A stretch of DNA of 64,000 bases from an uncultured Acidobacteriaceae bacterium (GCA_963752675.1 CAVVZO010000015.1:564906-628905); one strand, 5' to 3'. Counted from the first letter of the stretch, positions 31,159-41,435 are shown. Notes: generated by a model not told the origin, from the letters alone. Numbers and translations are program-made.

Positions 31159-32031
31159 ATGTCTGTGTTAGTGGACGAACATACCCGGCTCATCGTGCAG
31201 GGCATTACCGGCAGGGAAGGTACTTTCCATGCCAAAGGCTGCGCCGAGTATGGGACCAAGGTAGTGGGCGGCGTGACCCCAGGCAAAGGCGGCACGACGC
31301 ACGAAGGCTGGCCGGTATTCGATACTGTGGCGCAGGCAGTGGAAAAGACTGGCGCCAACGCGACCGTGATCTTTGTGCCACCACCCTTCGCTGCCGACGC
31401 CATTCTGGAGGCAGAAGACGCAGGCCTGCCGCTGATCATTTGCATCACGGAAGGTATTCCCACCAATGACATGGTCAAGGTGTGGAGCGTGGTCAAGGAA
31501 TCAAAGTCGACGCTGATCGGGCCGAATTGCCCCGGGGTCATTTCTCCTGGTAAGGCGAAGATCGGCATCATGCCGGGCAGGATTCACAAGCAGGGGACCG
31601 TCGGCATTATCTCCCGCTCGGGCACGCTCACCTACGAGGCGGTTTATCAGTTGACGCAACGCGGCATCGGGCAGTCCACCGCGATCGGCATTGGCGGCGA
31701 CCCGATCATCGGCACGACGCACGTGGATGCGCTCAAGCTGTTGAATGAGGATCCGGAGACGGAGTCGATCATTCTGATCGGTGAAATTGGCGGTACGGCG
31801 GAAGAAGCAGCCGCTGCTTACGTGAAAGCGCACGTTAAGAAGCCGGTGGTTGGCTTCATCGCAGGACAAACAGCGCCTCCGGGACGCCGGATGGGGCACG
31901 CCGGGGCAATCATCTCGGGTGGCCAGGGTACGGCGGCCGATAAAATGCGGGCCATGACTGAGGCCGGCATTCACGTGGTGCAGTCCCCCGCCGCGATTGG
32001 CGAAACACTAGCGAAAGTTATTGGCCGTTAG
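31159..32031 (+). CDS. sucD: Succinate--CoA ligase alpha subunit
   Basis: The start was trimmed to ATG 31159. Motifs are [22 protein letters not shown] and [11 protein letters not shown] (phosphohistidine loop). Confidence 0.93.
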   Translation: MSVLVDEHTRLIVQGITGREGTFHAKGCAEYGTKVVGGVTPGKGGTTHEGWPVFDTVAQAVEKTGANATVIFVPPPFAADAILEAEDAGLPLIICITEGIPTNDMVKVWSVVKESKSTLIGPNCPGVISPGKAKIGIMPGRIHKQGTVGIISRSGTLTYEAVYQLTQRGIGQSTAIGIGGDPIIGTTHVDALKLLNEDPETESIILIGEIGGTAEEAAAAYVKAHVKKPVVGFIAGQTAPPGRRMGHAGAIISGGQGTAADKMRAMTEAGIHVVQSPAAIGETLAKVIGR

Positions 32032-32048
32032 GTCATCAGGAGCAGTTC

Positions 32049-32462
32049 ATGCAACGCACGTTCAGCATCATCAAGCCCGACGCGATTCGCAAAGGTTTCG
32101 CCGCGGCCATTTTGGCGGAAATCGATAAGGCCGGGTTCAAGATTGTCGCTATCAAGAAAATGTTTCTCTCCAAGTCGCAGGCGCAGGGCTTCTATGCCGT
32201 GCACGCACATCGGCCATTTTTCGATTCGTTGACTACCTTCATGTCGTCCGGTTCCATCATCGCCCTGGTGCTCGAGAAAGAGAATGCGATTGCCGACTTA
32301 CGAAAGCTGATGGGCGCAACCAACCCCGCGGACGCAGCTGCCGGGACGATCCGCAAACAATTCGCCGGATCAATCGAAGAGAATGCCATGCATGGCAGTG
32401 ACGCGGAAGACACAGCTGCCTTTGAAATAGGTTACTTTTTCGCTGGTTACGAACTGATCTAG
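32049..32462 (+). CDS. ndk: Nucleoside-diphosphate kinase
   Basis: [10 protein letters not shown]...NAMHGSD (catalytic His). Length is 137 aa. Confidence 0.93.
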   Translation: MQRTFSIIKPDAIRKGFAAAILAEIDKAGFKIVAIKKMFLSKSQAQGFYAVHAHRPFFDSLTTFMSSGSIIALVLEKENAIADLRKLMGATNPADAAAGTIRKQFAGSIEENAMHGSDAEDTAAFEIGYFFAGYELI

Positions 32463-32567
32463 TGATCGCTTGAGGGTTTTCACTGACGGCATTCGACGCG
32501 TGGCTTGAAGCCGTCATCGCCGTGGCGTACGTAAGGTCTGTACTGAGTGCTAAGTTCTGAATGAACC

Positions 32568-32596
32568 TTGACATAAGGCTTCCGGCCAAGCAAACT
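32568..32596 (+). promoter_or_regulatory. Possible sigma-70-type promoter for the partner-switching pair
   Basis: TTGACA (32568-32573), a 17-nt spacer, then CAAACT (32591-32596), ~55 nt upstream of the TTG start at 32653. This is pattern match only. Confidence 0.3.
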
Positions 32597-32652
32597 TGCG
32601 CAGGTGGAGCTCTCGTAGGTAAAGTCCAGCGCACTAACATGAGGTCAGGCAA

Positions 32653-33090
32653 TTGGGCGGATCATCGGCGAGTATCACCTATACACTGGACTCCTCGCTG
32701 GACAGCGTAAACCGCGTAGAACAAACTGCGGAAGAGATGGCCAGGAAAGCCGGCCTGGAAGAAGAAGATATTTATCGAGTCGCCATGGCTGTGCGCGAGG
32801 CGGCTGTGAATGCGGTGCTTCACGGCAATGCGTATGATCCGGAGAAAAGCATTACCGCATCGTTTGAGTCTTCGCCGGAAGCATTGACGATACGCATAGC
32901 TGACCAGGGTAAAGGGCTAAATCCGGAGTCGCTTCCCGATCCATTGGCCCCAGAGAACTTGCTCCGCGGTTCAGGGCGGGGTATCTTTCTCATTCGCTCT
33001 TTTATGGATGAGGTACACTTTCGAGAATTGCAACCAGGCACTGAGTTAACCCTCATCAAACATTTAGGAACCGCCCGTTCCGCAATTTAA
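32653..33090 (+). CDS. Anti-sigma factor / serine protein kinase of the RsbW/SpoIIAB type (HATPase_c)
   Basis: N-box EAAVNAVLHGN, G1 box IADQGKG, G2 box GSGRGIFLI. Length is 145 aa with a TTG start. Confidence 0.75.
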   Translation: MGGSSASITYTLDSSLDSVNRVEQTAEEMARKAGLEEEDIYRVAMAVREAAVNAVLHGNAYDPEKSITASFESSPEALTIRIADQGKGLNPESLPDPLAPENLLRGSGRGIFLIRSFMDEVHFRELQPGTELTLIKHLGTARSAI

Positions 33091-33102
33091 GGAGGAATTT
33101 TC

Positions 33103-33453
33103 GTGAGCATGAAAATCAAGACCCGTCAGGTAGACGGGATCACCATCATGGATTGCAGCGGTCGCATCACCCTGGGAGAAGGCAGCGTCACCCTGCGCGA
33201 TTCCGTTCGGGATCTTCTGGCAAAGGGCTCGAAGCAGATCCTGCTCAATCTCGGTGATGTGTCTTACATCGATAGCTCCGGGATTGGCGAGCTGGTAAGT
33301 GCTTTTACCACCGTCCGCAATCAGGGTGGAGACCTCAAGCTGCTGAACCTGACCAAGAAGGTTCACGACCTGCTGCAGATTACCAAGCTTTACACCGTGT
33401 TCGACGTCAAGGATGACGAAGCGAGCGCAGTGGCTTCTTTCGCTCGCGCATAA
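33103..33453 (+). CDS. STAS-domain anti-sigma-factor antagonist (RsbV/SpoIIAA-like)
   Basis: [13 protein letters not shown] is the phosphorylatable Ser context. AAGGAGG lies 8 nt upstream of the GTG start. Confidence 0.8.
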   Translation: MSMKIKTRQVDGITIMDCSGRITLGEGSVTLRDSVRDLLAKGSKQILLNLGDVSYIDSSGIGELVSAFTTVRNQGGDLKLLNLTKKVHDLLQITKLYTVFDVKDDEASAVASFARA

Positions 33454-33495
33454 GCACGCCCTTTTCTCCCCCCGAAATTTGCAAGGATTACGGTG

Positions 33496-33526
33496 CTCAC
33501 CCTTCGCTTTGGCGGCGAAGGGTGAG
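33496..33526. terminator. Hairpin between convergent genes, possibly a bidirectional terminator
   Basis: ctcacccttcgc-(7 nt)-gcgaagggtgag is a 12-bp perfect stem. It is followed on the plus strand by ttgtgctttg, which is only moderately T-rich. Confidence 0.45.
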
Positions 33527-33537
33527 TTGTGCTTTGC

Positions 33538-34119
33538 CTAGAAGCTCACCTTGGGCACGTTCTGCGCGCCGGGGCTCGCCTGGAAATAATCGTTGTTGCG
33601 CTGGAACCCACCCATCCCCGCCCAAATGCTGTTGGGGAATTGGCCGATGAAGGTGTTGTAGTCCTGAATGTTCTGGTTGTAACGCATTCTGGCTACGCTG
33701 ATCCGGTTTTCTGTCCCAGCCAGCTCATCTGACAATCGTTGAAAGTTCTGATTGGATTTCAGGTCAGGATAATTTTCCGAAAGCGCCAATAACCGGCCGA
33801 GCGCGCCGTCCAATTGTCCGTTCGCCTGGATCGCCGCCTTAGGATCGCCGTGCGCGTTGAGCAGACCGGCCCGGGCGTTGGCGATGTCGCCGAATACGGT
33901 GGTCTCTTGTTTGGCATACCCCTTTACCGTCTCTACCAGGTTAGGGATGAGATCAGCGCGGCGCTGCATTTGATTGTTCACTTCGCTCCAGGAGGAAGTG
34001 ACCGTCTCTCGCTTAGTCACCATCTGGTTCCTGGCACTGACATAGCTGCCAAATACCAGCAACAACGCCAGAAATATCACCACCACTGCCGCAATTCCTA
34101 CCCAAAGACCACGTCTCAT
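33538..34119 (-). CDS. lemA: LemA family protein
   Basis: An N-terminal TM segment, then SWSEVNNQMQRRADLIPNLVETVKGYAKQET...NARAGL...LSENYPDLKSNQNFQ. Confidence 0.88.
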   Translation of the reverse strand: MRRGLWVGIAAVVVIFLALLLVFGSYVSARNQMVTKRETVTSSWSEVNNQMQRRADLIPNLVETVKGYAKQETTVFGDIANARAGLLNAHGDPKAAIQANGQLDGALGRLLALSENYPDLKSNQNFQRLSDELAGTENRISVARMRYNQNIQDYNTFIGQFPNSIWAGMGGFQRNNDYFQASPGAQNVPKVSF

Positions 34120-34155
34120 CTGCGCACGTTCTCCTCTAAAGTCAGTTAGACAAAC

Positions 34156-34947
34156 TTACCAGCTACCCGAAGCGCCACCGCCGCCGGAGCTTCCTCCGCC
34201 AAAGCCGCCGAAGCCGCCGCCACCATCATCGCCACCACCAAACCCGCCACCGCCGCCTCCCCAGCCACCGCCTCGGCCCCCGCCACCACCGCCCATGAAC
34301 ATCCCGATAAGGAAGCCAAGCAGGCCGGAGCCGCCGAAGCGGGCGAGGAAGAAGATTACCAGTAGCAGAACAACGCCAAGGCCTAATAACTGACCAAGGG
34401 TGAGCGGCTTGGCCTGCGGGGCGGTTGCGTAAGTACGCGTCCTGGTGGTGAGGGTAACCCCGGCGTCCGCAGCGATAATGTTGGCGACCTGTTGCACCGC
34501 CATCGTCACGGCGCCGTCGTAGTCATTCTGCCGCAGGTAAGGCACCATTTGCCGCCCGATGTCGCCTACCCTGCCATCGGGAAGAATACCCTCAAGACCG
34601 TAGCCCACTTCGAAACGGTACTTGCGATCGGTCGGCGCGAATATCAGCAGGAGGCCACGATCGGTTCCCTTCTTGCCGACTTTCCACTTATCTTCGAGGG
34701 CGGTGGAGAAGTTCTCGATGGGTTCGCCATCGAGCGACTTGATCGTCACGACGGCGATCTGCGCGTGCGCCTGGCGATCTACCTGCGCGCATAGAGCATT
34801 GAGAGAGGTCTGGGTCTCAGGAGAAAGAACGCCGGCAAAATCGCTGACGTAATTTGTTGGCTGCGGCATGTCCTGCACTCGCTCTGCCGGCGCGATGCCC
34901 CCGCAGGCAAGAACAAACAGCAAGAACGCTAGGAGCCTTGGACGCAT
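34156..34947 (-). CDS. TPM-domain protein (YgcG-like) with a TM segment and a poly-Gly tail
   Basis: YVSDFAGVLSPETQTSLNALC...QIAVVTIKSL...RGLLLIFAPTDRKYRFEVGYGLEG. ATG 34947 gives a clean signal peptide. GTG 34968 is an alternative start. Confidence 0.8.
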   Translation of the reverse strand: MRPRLLAFLLFVLACGGIAPAERVQDMPQPTNYVSDFAGVLSPETQTSLNALCAQVDRQAHAQIAVVTIKSLDGEPIENFSTALEDKWKVGKKGTDRGLLLIFAPTDRKYRFEVGYGLEGILPDGRVGDIGRQMVPYLRQNDYDGAVTMAVQQVANIIAADAGVTLTTRTRTYATAPQAKPLTLGQLLGLGVVLLLVIFFLARFGGSGLLGFLIGMFMGGGGGGRGGGWGGGGGGFGGGDDGGGGFGGFGGGSSGGGGASGSW

Positions 34948-35059
34948 TAAGCCATTGTACCCAGACACACCTGTGCCCGCTGCCAGGCGGCTTTTAGCAG
35001 TCGCTGGACGGCGGGCACGTAACGAGAGACGGCATTCGGCAGAAATGCGCGCTCCAGCC

Positions 35060-35752
35060 TTACTGTCCTGACATGGTCACGTTCTGATCCTTGGCAAGTT
35101 GCTGGATCATCTGCAAGTGCTGCGAGATCACTTGGCTGCCCTGGCTGGCTACATCTTTCACGCTCGGGTTCTGGCCATTCGAAGCCTCAGACTGGAACTC
35201 ACTCAAGTCGGCTTTGTGATCCTTGATCATGTTTTGAATGTAGGCCTGATCGTAGGCGGTTCCGGAAAGCCCCTGAAGCTTCTTCATGGCCTTGGTATCT
35301 TTCTTCGCCAACTTAGTCGGCGCGGAGACGCCAAGCTGCTCGGCGACCGGCTTCATCTGCTCGCTCATGCGAGTGTGATCGTCGATCATCTTCTGGGCGA
35401 ACTGCTTAATCTGTTCGTTGTTGCTCTTCTGCAAGGTGAGCTGGCCCAGTTGCACTTCTGCCATCCCGCCCTGCAAAGCTTTACTAACGAACGCCTTATC
35501 GGTAGAAGCCTTGCCCTGGGCTCCTGGGTTCATGGTGCCCATCGGGGCGGTATCCATGCCCGTGGTCTGCCCCGTGGTCTGGCCGTTCACCGGCCCTTGA
35601 CCAGTGGTCGATGGTTGGCCGGGAACCTGGGTAGTAGGAGCACTGGCGCCGGGCGTGGTCTGCGTGGACTGAGCTACGCCCATACTCCCGCAAAGCAACA
35701 TCGCACAGGTCAGGGAAAGAATCTTGGTGGCGCTTATTTGTAAGTGGTTCAT
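35060..35752 (-). CDS. DUF4142-domain secreted protein with a Thr/Gly/Gln-rich linker
   Basis: The start was trimmed to ATG 35752, preceded by GAGGAG. Signal peptide MNHLQISATKILSLTCAMLLCGS. The two-helical-repeat pattern is DKAFVSKALQGGMAEVQLGQL...FAQKMIDDHT...YDQAYIQNMIKDHKADL. The longer ORF start lies inside a REP copy. Confidence 0.75.
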   Translation of the reverse strand: MNHLQISATKILSLTCAMLLCGSMGVAQSTQTTPGASAPTTQVPGQPSTTGQGPVNGQTTGQTTGMDTAPMGTMNPGAQGKASTDKAFVSKALQGGMAEVQLGQLTLQKSNNEQIKQFAQKMIDDHTRMSEQMKPVAEQLGVSAPTKLAKKDTKAMKKLQGLSGTAYDQAYIQNMIKDHKADLSEFQSEASNGQNPSVKDVASQGSQVISQHLQMIQQLAKDQNVTMSGQ

Positions 35753-35839
35753 GTTTAACTCCTCAATCAATGAGATGCCAAGGCTGGGAGGCGGGTCACC
35801 TTCCGGAGGCGGAACGGAGAAGAAAAGCACCGGAAATGA

Positions 35840-35886
35840 GGCTTGAGTGGCCCATTGCAAGCCGCGTTTGGCTTGAGTGGGGGACA
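35840..35886. repeat. Single arm of the REPIN-like hairpin family
   Basis: ggcttgagtggcccattgcaagccgcgtttggcttgagtgggggacat is the same unit as the arms at 41641, 44216 and 61903. Confidence 0.7.
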
Positions 35887-35928
35887 TCTCCACCTCTCCC
35901 GAAGCTTAGGAGATATCCTTTAATTCTT

Positions 35929-37997
35929 ATGGATGAACAAACAATCGCTCCGCCGGTTGCCCGGCGCGATGAGACCGTCACTACACTGCACGGCCACCAG
36001 TTAGTGGACGAGTATGCCTGGCTCCGGGAAAAAACCAGCCCGGAGGTCATTGCATTTCTTGAGCAGGAAAACGCCTACACCCGCGCAGTCATGAAGCCGA
36101 CGGAAGAGTTGCAGGGCCGGCTCTACACGGAGATGCTCAGCCACATCAAGGAAAGCGATGTCTCGGTGCCATTTCGAGACAAGCAGCACTACTACTACTC
36201 ACGGACAGAGCAAGGGGCGCAGTACCCCATTTATTGCCGCAAGCACGGCTCCCTGGAAGCCCCGGAAGAAATCATCCTGGACATGAACCAGATGGCAGCC
36301 GGCGAAGGGTACCTGGCGCTCGGTGCGCTCACCGTCTCAGACGACGGCTATCTGCTGGCCTATTCGACCGACACGACCGGGTTTCGGCAATACACCCTGC
36401 ACATAAAGGATCTGCGCACGGGCGAGGTCCTGCCCGACCAGGCGGAACGGGTTGGCTCCGTTGTGTGGGCTGCCGATAACCGCACGTTGTTCTACAGCGT
36501 GGAGGATGAGGAGACCAAGCGGCAATACCAGCTCTTCCGGCATACGCTGGGCGCTTCCCAAAGCAGTGACGTGCTGGTCTTCGAAGAAGCAGATGAGCGC
36601 TTCAACGTAGGCGCGGGCCGCACCCGGGACGACAAATATCTCGTCTTCGAAAGCGCCAGCCACACTACCAGCGAAGCCAGGTTCCTTCCGGCAGATCAGC
36701 CGCGAAGGATCGTGGACGATGATCGAGCCGCGGCGCGAGAACATCGAGTACTACGGAGACCATCGAGAAGGCTTCTGGTATCTGCGGGTGAACGATACCG
36801 CGAGGACCTTTCGCCTGGTCGCCGCTCCGGTGGCAACACCAGGTCGCGCGCATTGGCGCGAACTGATCGCTCACCGGGACGACGTCATGCTGGAAGATGT
36901 GGAGCTGTTCCAGGCGTTCGCAGTGGCGGTTGAACGCAGCAACGGATTGCCGCAGATGCGTGTGTTGTATCTTCGATCAACAGAACGGCTTTAGCGGGCC
37001 GACTCCACAGATTGCTTTCCCTGAGCCTACGTACAGCGCACACCCGGGAACCAATCGGGAATTTGTCACTGACAAGTTTCGTTACGGCTACCAATCGCTG
37101 GTTTCGCCCACTTCGGTTTACGAATACGACGTACAGACAAAGCAGTCGACGTTGCTGAAGGAACTGGAGGTACCCGGCGGATTCGATCGCGCGCTCTATG
37201 CCTCGGAGCGAGTCTTTGCAACCGCTTCGGACGGAGTGAAGATCCCTATCTCTCTCGTGTATCGCAAGGACAAAAAGGGGCACGGCACGAATCCCTTGTA
37301 CATCTACGGCTACGGCTCGTACGGGTATGCATTACCGGTGGGGTTCAATTCCAATCGTCTCAGTTTGCTCGATCGTGGATTCGTTCTGGCCTATGCGCAC
37401 ATTCGCGGCGGCGGCGATATGGGTAAACCCTGGCACGATGCTGGGCGGCTGATGCAGAAGATGAACACCTTTACGGATTTCATCGCCGTGACTGAATACC
37501 TGACAGCACAGGGCTATGGAGACCCACAGCGGGTGGCTATGGAAGGCGGAAGCGCTGGAGGACTGTTAATGGGGGCGGTGGCCAATATGCGACCGGACCT
37601 GTACCGCGCGGTTCTGTCGCACGTCCCCTTCGTCGATGTGATGAACACCATGCTGGATGCATCGCTTCCCCTCACCGTCGCCGAGTACGAGGAATGGGGT
37701 GATCCAAACCAACCCGAAGCCTTCGCGTACATGCTGCAGTACTCGCCCTACGACAACCTGGCGAGGAAGGATTATCCGGCAATGCTGGTCAAGACCTCTC
37801 TGAACGATAGCCAGGTCATGTATTGGGAGCCCGCGAAATACGTGGCGAAGCTGCGCAGTCTCAAGTCGGACAATCGCCTGCTGCTGCTGGAAACAAACAT
37901 GAGCGCGGGCCACGGCGGTGCTTCAGGACGCTACGACTACCTGAAAGAGATCGCGCTGGATTACGCCTTTCTGCTGCAGGAACTGGGCGTCCACTAA
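35929..37997 (+). pseudogene. ptrB: Oligopeptidase B (S9A prolyl oligopeptidase family), with two frameshifts (~36699-36701 and ~36961-36970)
   Basis: N-terminus PPVARRDETVTTLHGHQLVDEYAWLRE. Middle part, in the second frame, IEPRRENIEYYGDHREGFWYLRVND. The catalytic domain, in the third frame, has GGSAGGLLMG (Ser), LNDSQVMYWEPAKY and GHGG. Start is ATG 35929. Confidence 0.8.
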
Positions 37998-38059
37998 CCT
38001 CAAAAAGAGAAGGCCCGCGTCTCACGACGCGGGCCTTTGTGTTCTGTGCCGGTAGCAGT

Positions 38060-39448
38060 TTAGCGGCGCTCTCCACCACCCTGATGAGGCTCGTTGTGGG
38101 GTTGACCGCCGCCCGGGTTCTGGTGCGGCTGCTCGAAGTGGGGCTGAGGAGCAGCTCCCTGGTGCATAGGCTCCGGGTTCCTCGGGGCAGCAGTATAACG
38201 AGCATCGTTCCCGGCCGAGGGATGGTACCCATTGTTGGCCGGCTGCTGGTACATCGGACTGGCCTGCGGACGGTTGTTGTTGGCCGGCTGCTGATACGCC
38301 GGGCTGGCCTGCGGACGGTTGTTGTTGGCCGGCTGCTGGTACATCGGGCTGGCCTGCGGGCGATTGTTGTTGGCCGGCTGCTGATACATCGGGCTGGCCT
38401 GCGGGCGATTGTTGTTGGCCGGCTGCTGATATGCCGGGTGGAAGCCATTGTTGGGCTGGGCCTGACCGTAGGCGGGCCGGTTATTGTTGACCGGTTGCTG
38501 GTACCCCGGGCGAACTCCAGCATTCGTTTGGCTCTGACCGAAGGCAGGCTGCGTGTTGTTGGCCGGCTGCTGGTACGCCGGGCGGACCCCGACATTCGGT
38601 TGGTTCTGACCGAAGGCTGGCAGCGTGTTGTTGGCCGGCTGCTGGTAGCCTGCATTCGCCTGCGGACGGGCAGCGTTGTTGATCTGGTTCTGGTTCACCG
38701 CGGGCCGGCTGTTGCTGCCAAAGGCCGGGCTCTTGCTGACATTCTGGGTAGCCATGGCCTGGCTGGTGATGGGACGAGGAACAGCCGCCATGGCCGGCCG
38801 GCCACCGTTCACCGAGGCGAAGTTCGCCCGGTTGGCCGCGGAAAACCGCTCGTGCGACATTTGCTCCGCCGTTGGTTGCACATGCTGATCGTGCACGGCC
38901 ACCTGCTCCCCAGGACGCGGCCTGGCGTTGATGCCGCCGGGACCGTTATAGCTGGTGCGGTTGATGATGGTCGTGTTGTTGATCACGGTGCGGTCGATGT
39001 AGGTGTTATGCACGACTCTATTGTCCACATGCAGCACGGCAGCGTTGTAGCGGAAGTGATCTCGTTCCCACCGGCCACCATAGAAGCCGTCGCCCCCGTA
39101 GCCGTAGCCATAGTTCACACCGCCGTAGAAGCCCACGTGGGGGCCCCAGTAACCGCTGTGCCAGAGGTACGCGCCGTCACCCCAGCCCCAGTACCCAGGA
39201 GTCCAGAGATAGCCCGGGCGGGGCGCTAACACCCAGGTCCCAGGTACCCAGAAGTAGCCTTCGTCACCGTAAGCCCAGTAGCCCGGCGTCCAAAGATAGT
39301 CATCTCCCGGGCAAACGGGCTGCGCATAGACGGGCAGCACCGGCGGTGCAATGGTGACGGAAAGAAATATGCCGGCGAAGGATGGCGCTGGAACGATTGA
39401 CACCAGCGTCGCAAGAAGTAAAGTTCGGATTGCTCGGATAGCACGCAT
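38060..39448 (-). CDS. YXWGXW-repeat secreted protein with a long Gln/Asn/Pro-rich tandem-repeat tail
   Basis: Signal peptide MRAIRAIRTLLLATLVSIVPAPSFA. The repeats are YLWTPGYWAY, YFWVPGTWV, YLWTPGYWGW and YLWHSGYWG. These are followed by three 24-aa units and four 15-aa units (YQQPANNNRPQASPM). Confidence 0.7.
   Translation of the reverse strand: MRAIRAIRTLLLATLVSIVPAPSFAGIFLSVTIAPPVLPVYAQPVCPGDDYLWTPGYWAYGDEGYFWVPGTWVLAPRPGYLWTPGYWGWGDGAYLWHSGYWGPHVGFYGGVNYGYGYGGDGFYGGRWERDHFRYNAAVLHVDNRVVHNTYIDRTVINNTTIINRTSYNGPGGINARPRPGEQVAVHDQHVQPTAEQMSHERFSAANRANFASVNGGRPAMAAVPRPITSQAMATQNVSKSPAFGSNSRPAVNQNQINNAARPQANAGYQQPANNTLPAFGQNQPNVGVRPAYQQPANNTQPAFGQSQTNAGVRPGYQQPVNNNRPAYGQAQPNNGFHPAYQQPANNNRPQASPMYQQPANNNRPQASPMYQQPANNNRPQASPAYQQPANNNRPQASPMYQQPANNGYHPSAGNDARYTAAPRNPEPMHQGAAPQPHFEQPHQNPGGGQPHNEPHQGGGERR
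38231..38455. repeat. 45-bp tandem repeat, about 4.5 copies, inside the YXWGXW gene
   Basis: Units start at 38231, 38276, 38321, 38366 and 38411 (gttgttggccggctgctg[ga]tac[ag][tc]cgg[ga]ctggcctgcgg[ag]cg[ga]tt). More degenerate 72-bp units continue to about 38700. Confidence 0.85.
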
Positions 39449-39655
39449 TACGTTCCTCCTGGCTTACCTGGAACAAACCGGCTGCCGGCCGGTACGTTTA
39501 TATGAACGCGCTGGCCGCCAATATGTTGCTGTCTGTGCAGGATGGTGGAGCGACCGTTACCCTGACCGCACAGGCTAGCTGGGGCGAGGTTACAGGCGCA
39601 GGCGGAGTCTGGGCATACCACGTTGGCAGCAAAGGACTTCTACCAAGGCTGCTGG

Positions 39656-41165
39656 CTAGCGGCGGCTGCTACCGCCCAAAATCGACCCGAGCACGCCACG
39701 GATGATCTGCCGCCCCACGGTGCTCCCGAGGGTGCGAGCCGCGCTTTTGGCCATGGTTTCGACCAGGCTATCGCCGCGACGGCTGCTACCGGTCGGGCCG
39801 GTCGCCAGAGCTGGCCAACTCACCGAGCCAGGAACTTGCCTTGGCGGGGGGCGCTTGCGTCGCAGGGGCCGCGTTCGTGGCGCCGGCATCCGCCGCCTTG
39901 GCTTTCAGGCGCTCGTAGGCCGACTCCCGATCGACCACCTTTTCATACACACCGGCGACGATGGAGTTCTGGATGATCTGCTGCCGCTGGTCGGGCCGAA
40001 TGGGGCCGATCTGGCTGTGCGGGGGGCAGATCATGGCGCGTTCCACCATCCCCGGAGTCCCCTTCTCGTCGAGGAAAGAGACCAGTCCTTCCCCTACGCC
40101 CAATTGCAACAGGACCGTCTCCACGTCGATGGCTGGGTTGGTGCGAAAGGTCTGGGCCGCGGCCTTGACTGCCTTCTGATCTTTGGGCGTGAAGGCGCGC
40201 ACCGCATGTTGCACGCGATTGCCGAGCTGGCCCAGAACGCCATCCGGCACATCGATGGGGCTCTGGGTCACGAAAAACACGCCCACGCCCTTGGAGCGCA
40301 CCAGCCGGACTACCTGGTGCACCTTGTCTTCGATGACTTTGGGCAGGTCGGAAAACAGCAGGTGCGCTTCATCGAAGAAGAACACCAATTTGGGTTTTTC
40401 CGGATCACCCACTTCAGGCAAGTGCTCGAACAGTTCGCTCAGCAGCCATAGGAGAAAGGTCGCATAGAGAGTCGGCGAGTTGATGAGCTTGTCCGCCGCC
40501 AGAATGTTCACGACCCCGTGCCCCTGGGCGTCGGTCTGGAGCAGGTCATCAAGATTCAGGGCAGGTTCGCCGAAGAAGTGATCGCCGCCCTGCTGCTCCA
40601 GGGATAGCAGCCCGCGCTGGATCGCGCCCACGCTGGCTGCCGAGATGTTGCCATACTGTGTTTGAAACTCGCGGGCATTGGCCGCTGCGTATTGCAGCAT
40701 CGCCTGCAGATCTTTCAGATCAAGCAGGAGAAGCCCCTGGTCGTCGGCAATTTTGAAGATCGCATTCAGCACACCGGCCTGGGTGTCGTTGAGGTTGAGC
40801 AAGCGGCTGAATAAGAGCGGGCCCATTTCCGACACAGTCGCGCGGACGGGGTGCCCCTGTTCGCCGAAGACGTCCCAAAAAGTTACCGGGCAGCCGGCGA
40901 AGGAGAAGTCCGCGAGTTGGAGTGTCTTCACTCGTTCCGCGATCTTGGGATTGTCCACGCCCGGCTGGCTGATGCCCGAAAGATCGCCCTTCACATCCGC
41001 GGCAAAGACCGGGACCCCGATGCGGCTGAACGCTTCCGCCATGACCTGCAGGGTAACGGTCTTGCCGGTGCCGGTCGCGCCGGCTACCAATCCATGCCGA
41101 TTCGACATCGGGGGCAAAAGGTACAAGGGCATTTGGGCCTGGGCGATGAGCAGCGGTTCCGGCAT
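39656..41165 (-). pseudogene. HerA-like P-loop ATPase of the DUF853 (YjgR) family, with one frameshift near the 3' end (~39795-39830)
   Basis: Walker [18 protein letters not shown]. Walker [13 protein letters not shown]. The family-typical C-terminus MAKSAARTLGSTVGRQIIRGVLGSILGG is present in the +1 frame (ORF 39656-39889). Confidence 0.8.
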
Positions 41166-41435
41166 GGTGGTTCGATCTCCTGGGGCGTTTTCTCGCGGAC
41201 GCGCGAAGCATCTGGCGACAAGACGCCGAAGGAGCTAATTCTATCGTGTGGCCGCGGAGGAGGGTCTGCATGAGAACTCCAGCTGAACTTTTCCCAACCA
41301 CAAGCTCGGGTGGGAGTAAGCCGCACCCAACACGCAAATGTGAACATCTAGCACTTTCAGAGCTGGTACCACTACTGTTCTCCCGCCGCGAGCAGCACTG
41401 CAGGGAAAACTCCCTCCTACCCTACCCCGCTCCCC

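Noticed and set aside
29856-31571. A 571-aa ORF on the minus strand.
   Set aside because: It lies entirely antisense to sucC and sucD, whose products carry unmistakable motifs. Its own translation is Arg/Gly/His-rich with no recognisable domain. It is a typical high-GC shadow ORF.
37823-39229. A 468-aa ORF on the plus strand with repeated GRLLVHRAGLR units.
   Set aside because: It is the mirror image of the tandem repeats in the minus-strand YXWGXW gene. That gene has a signal peptide and family repeats. The plus-strand ORF has neither.
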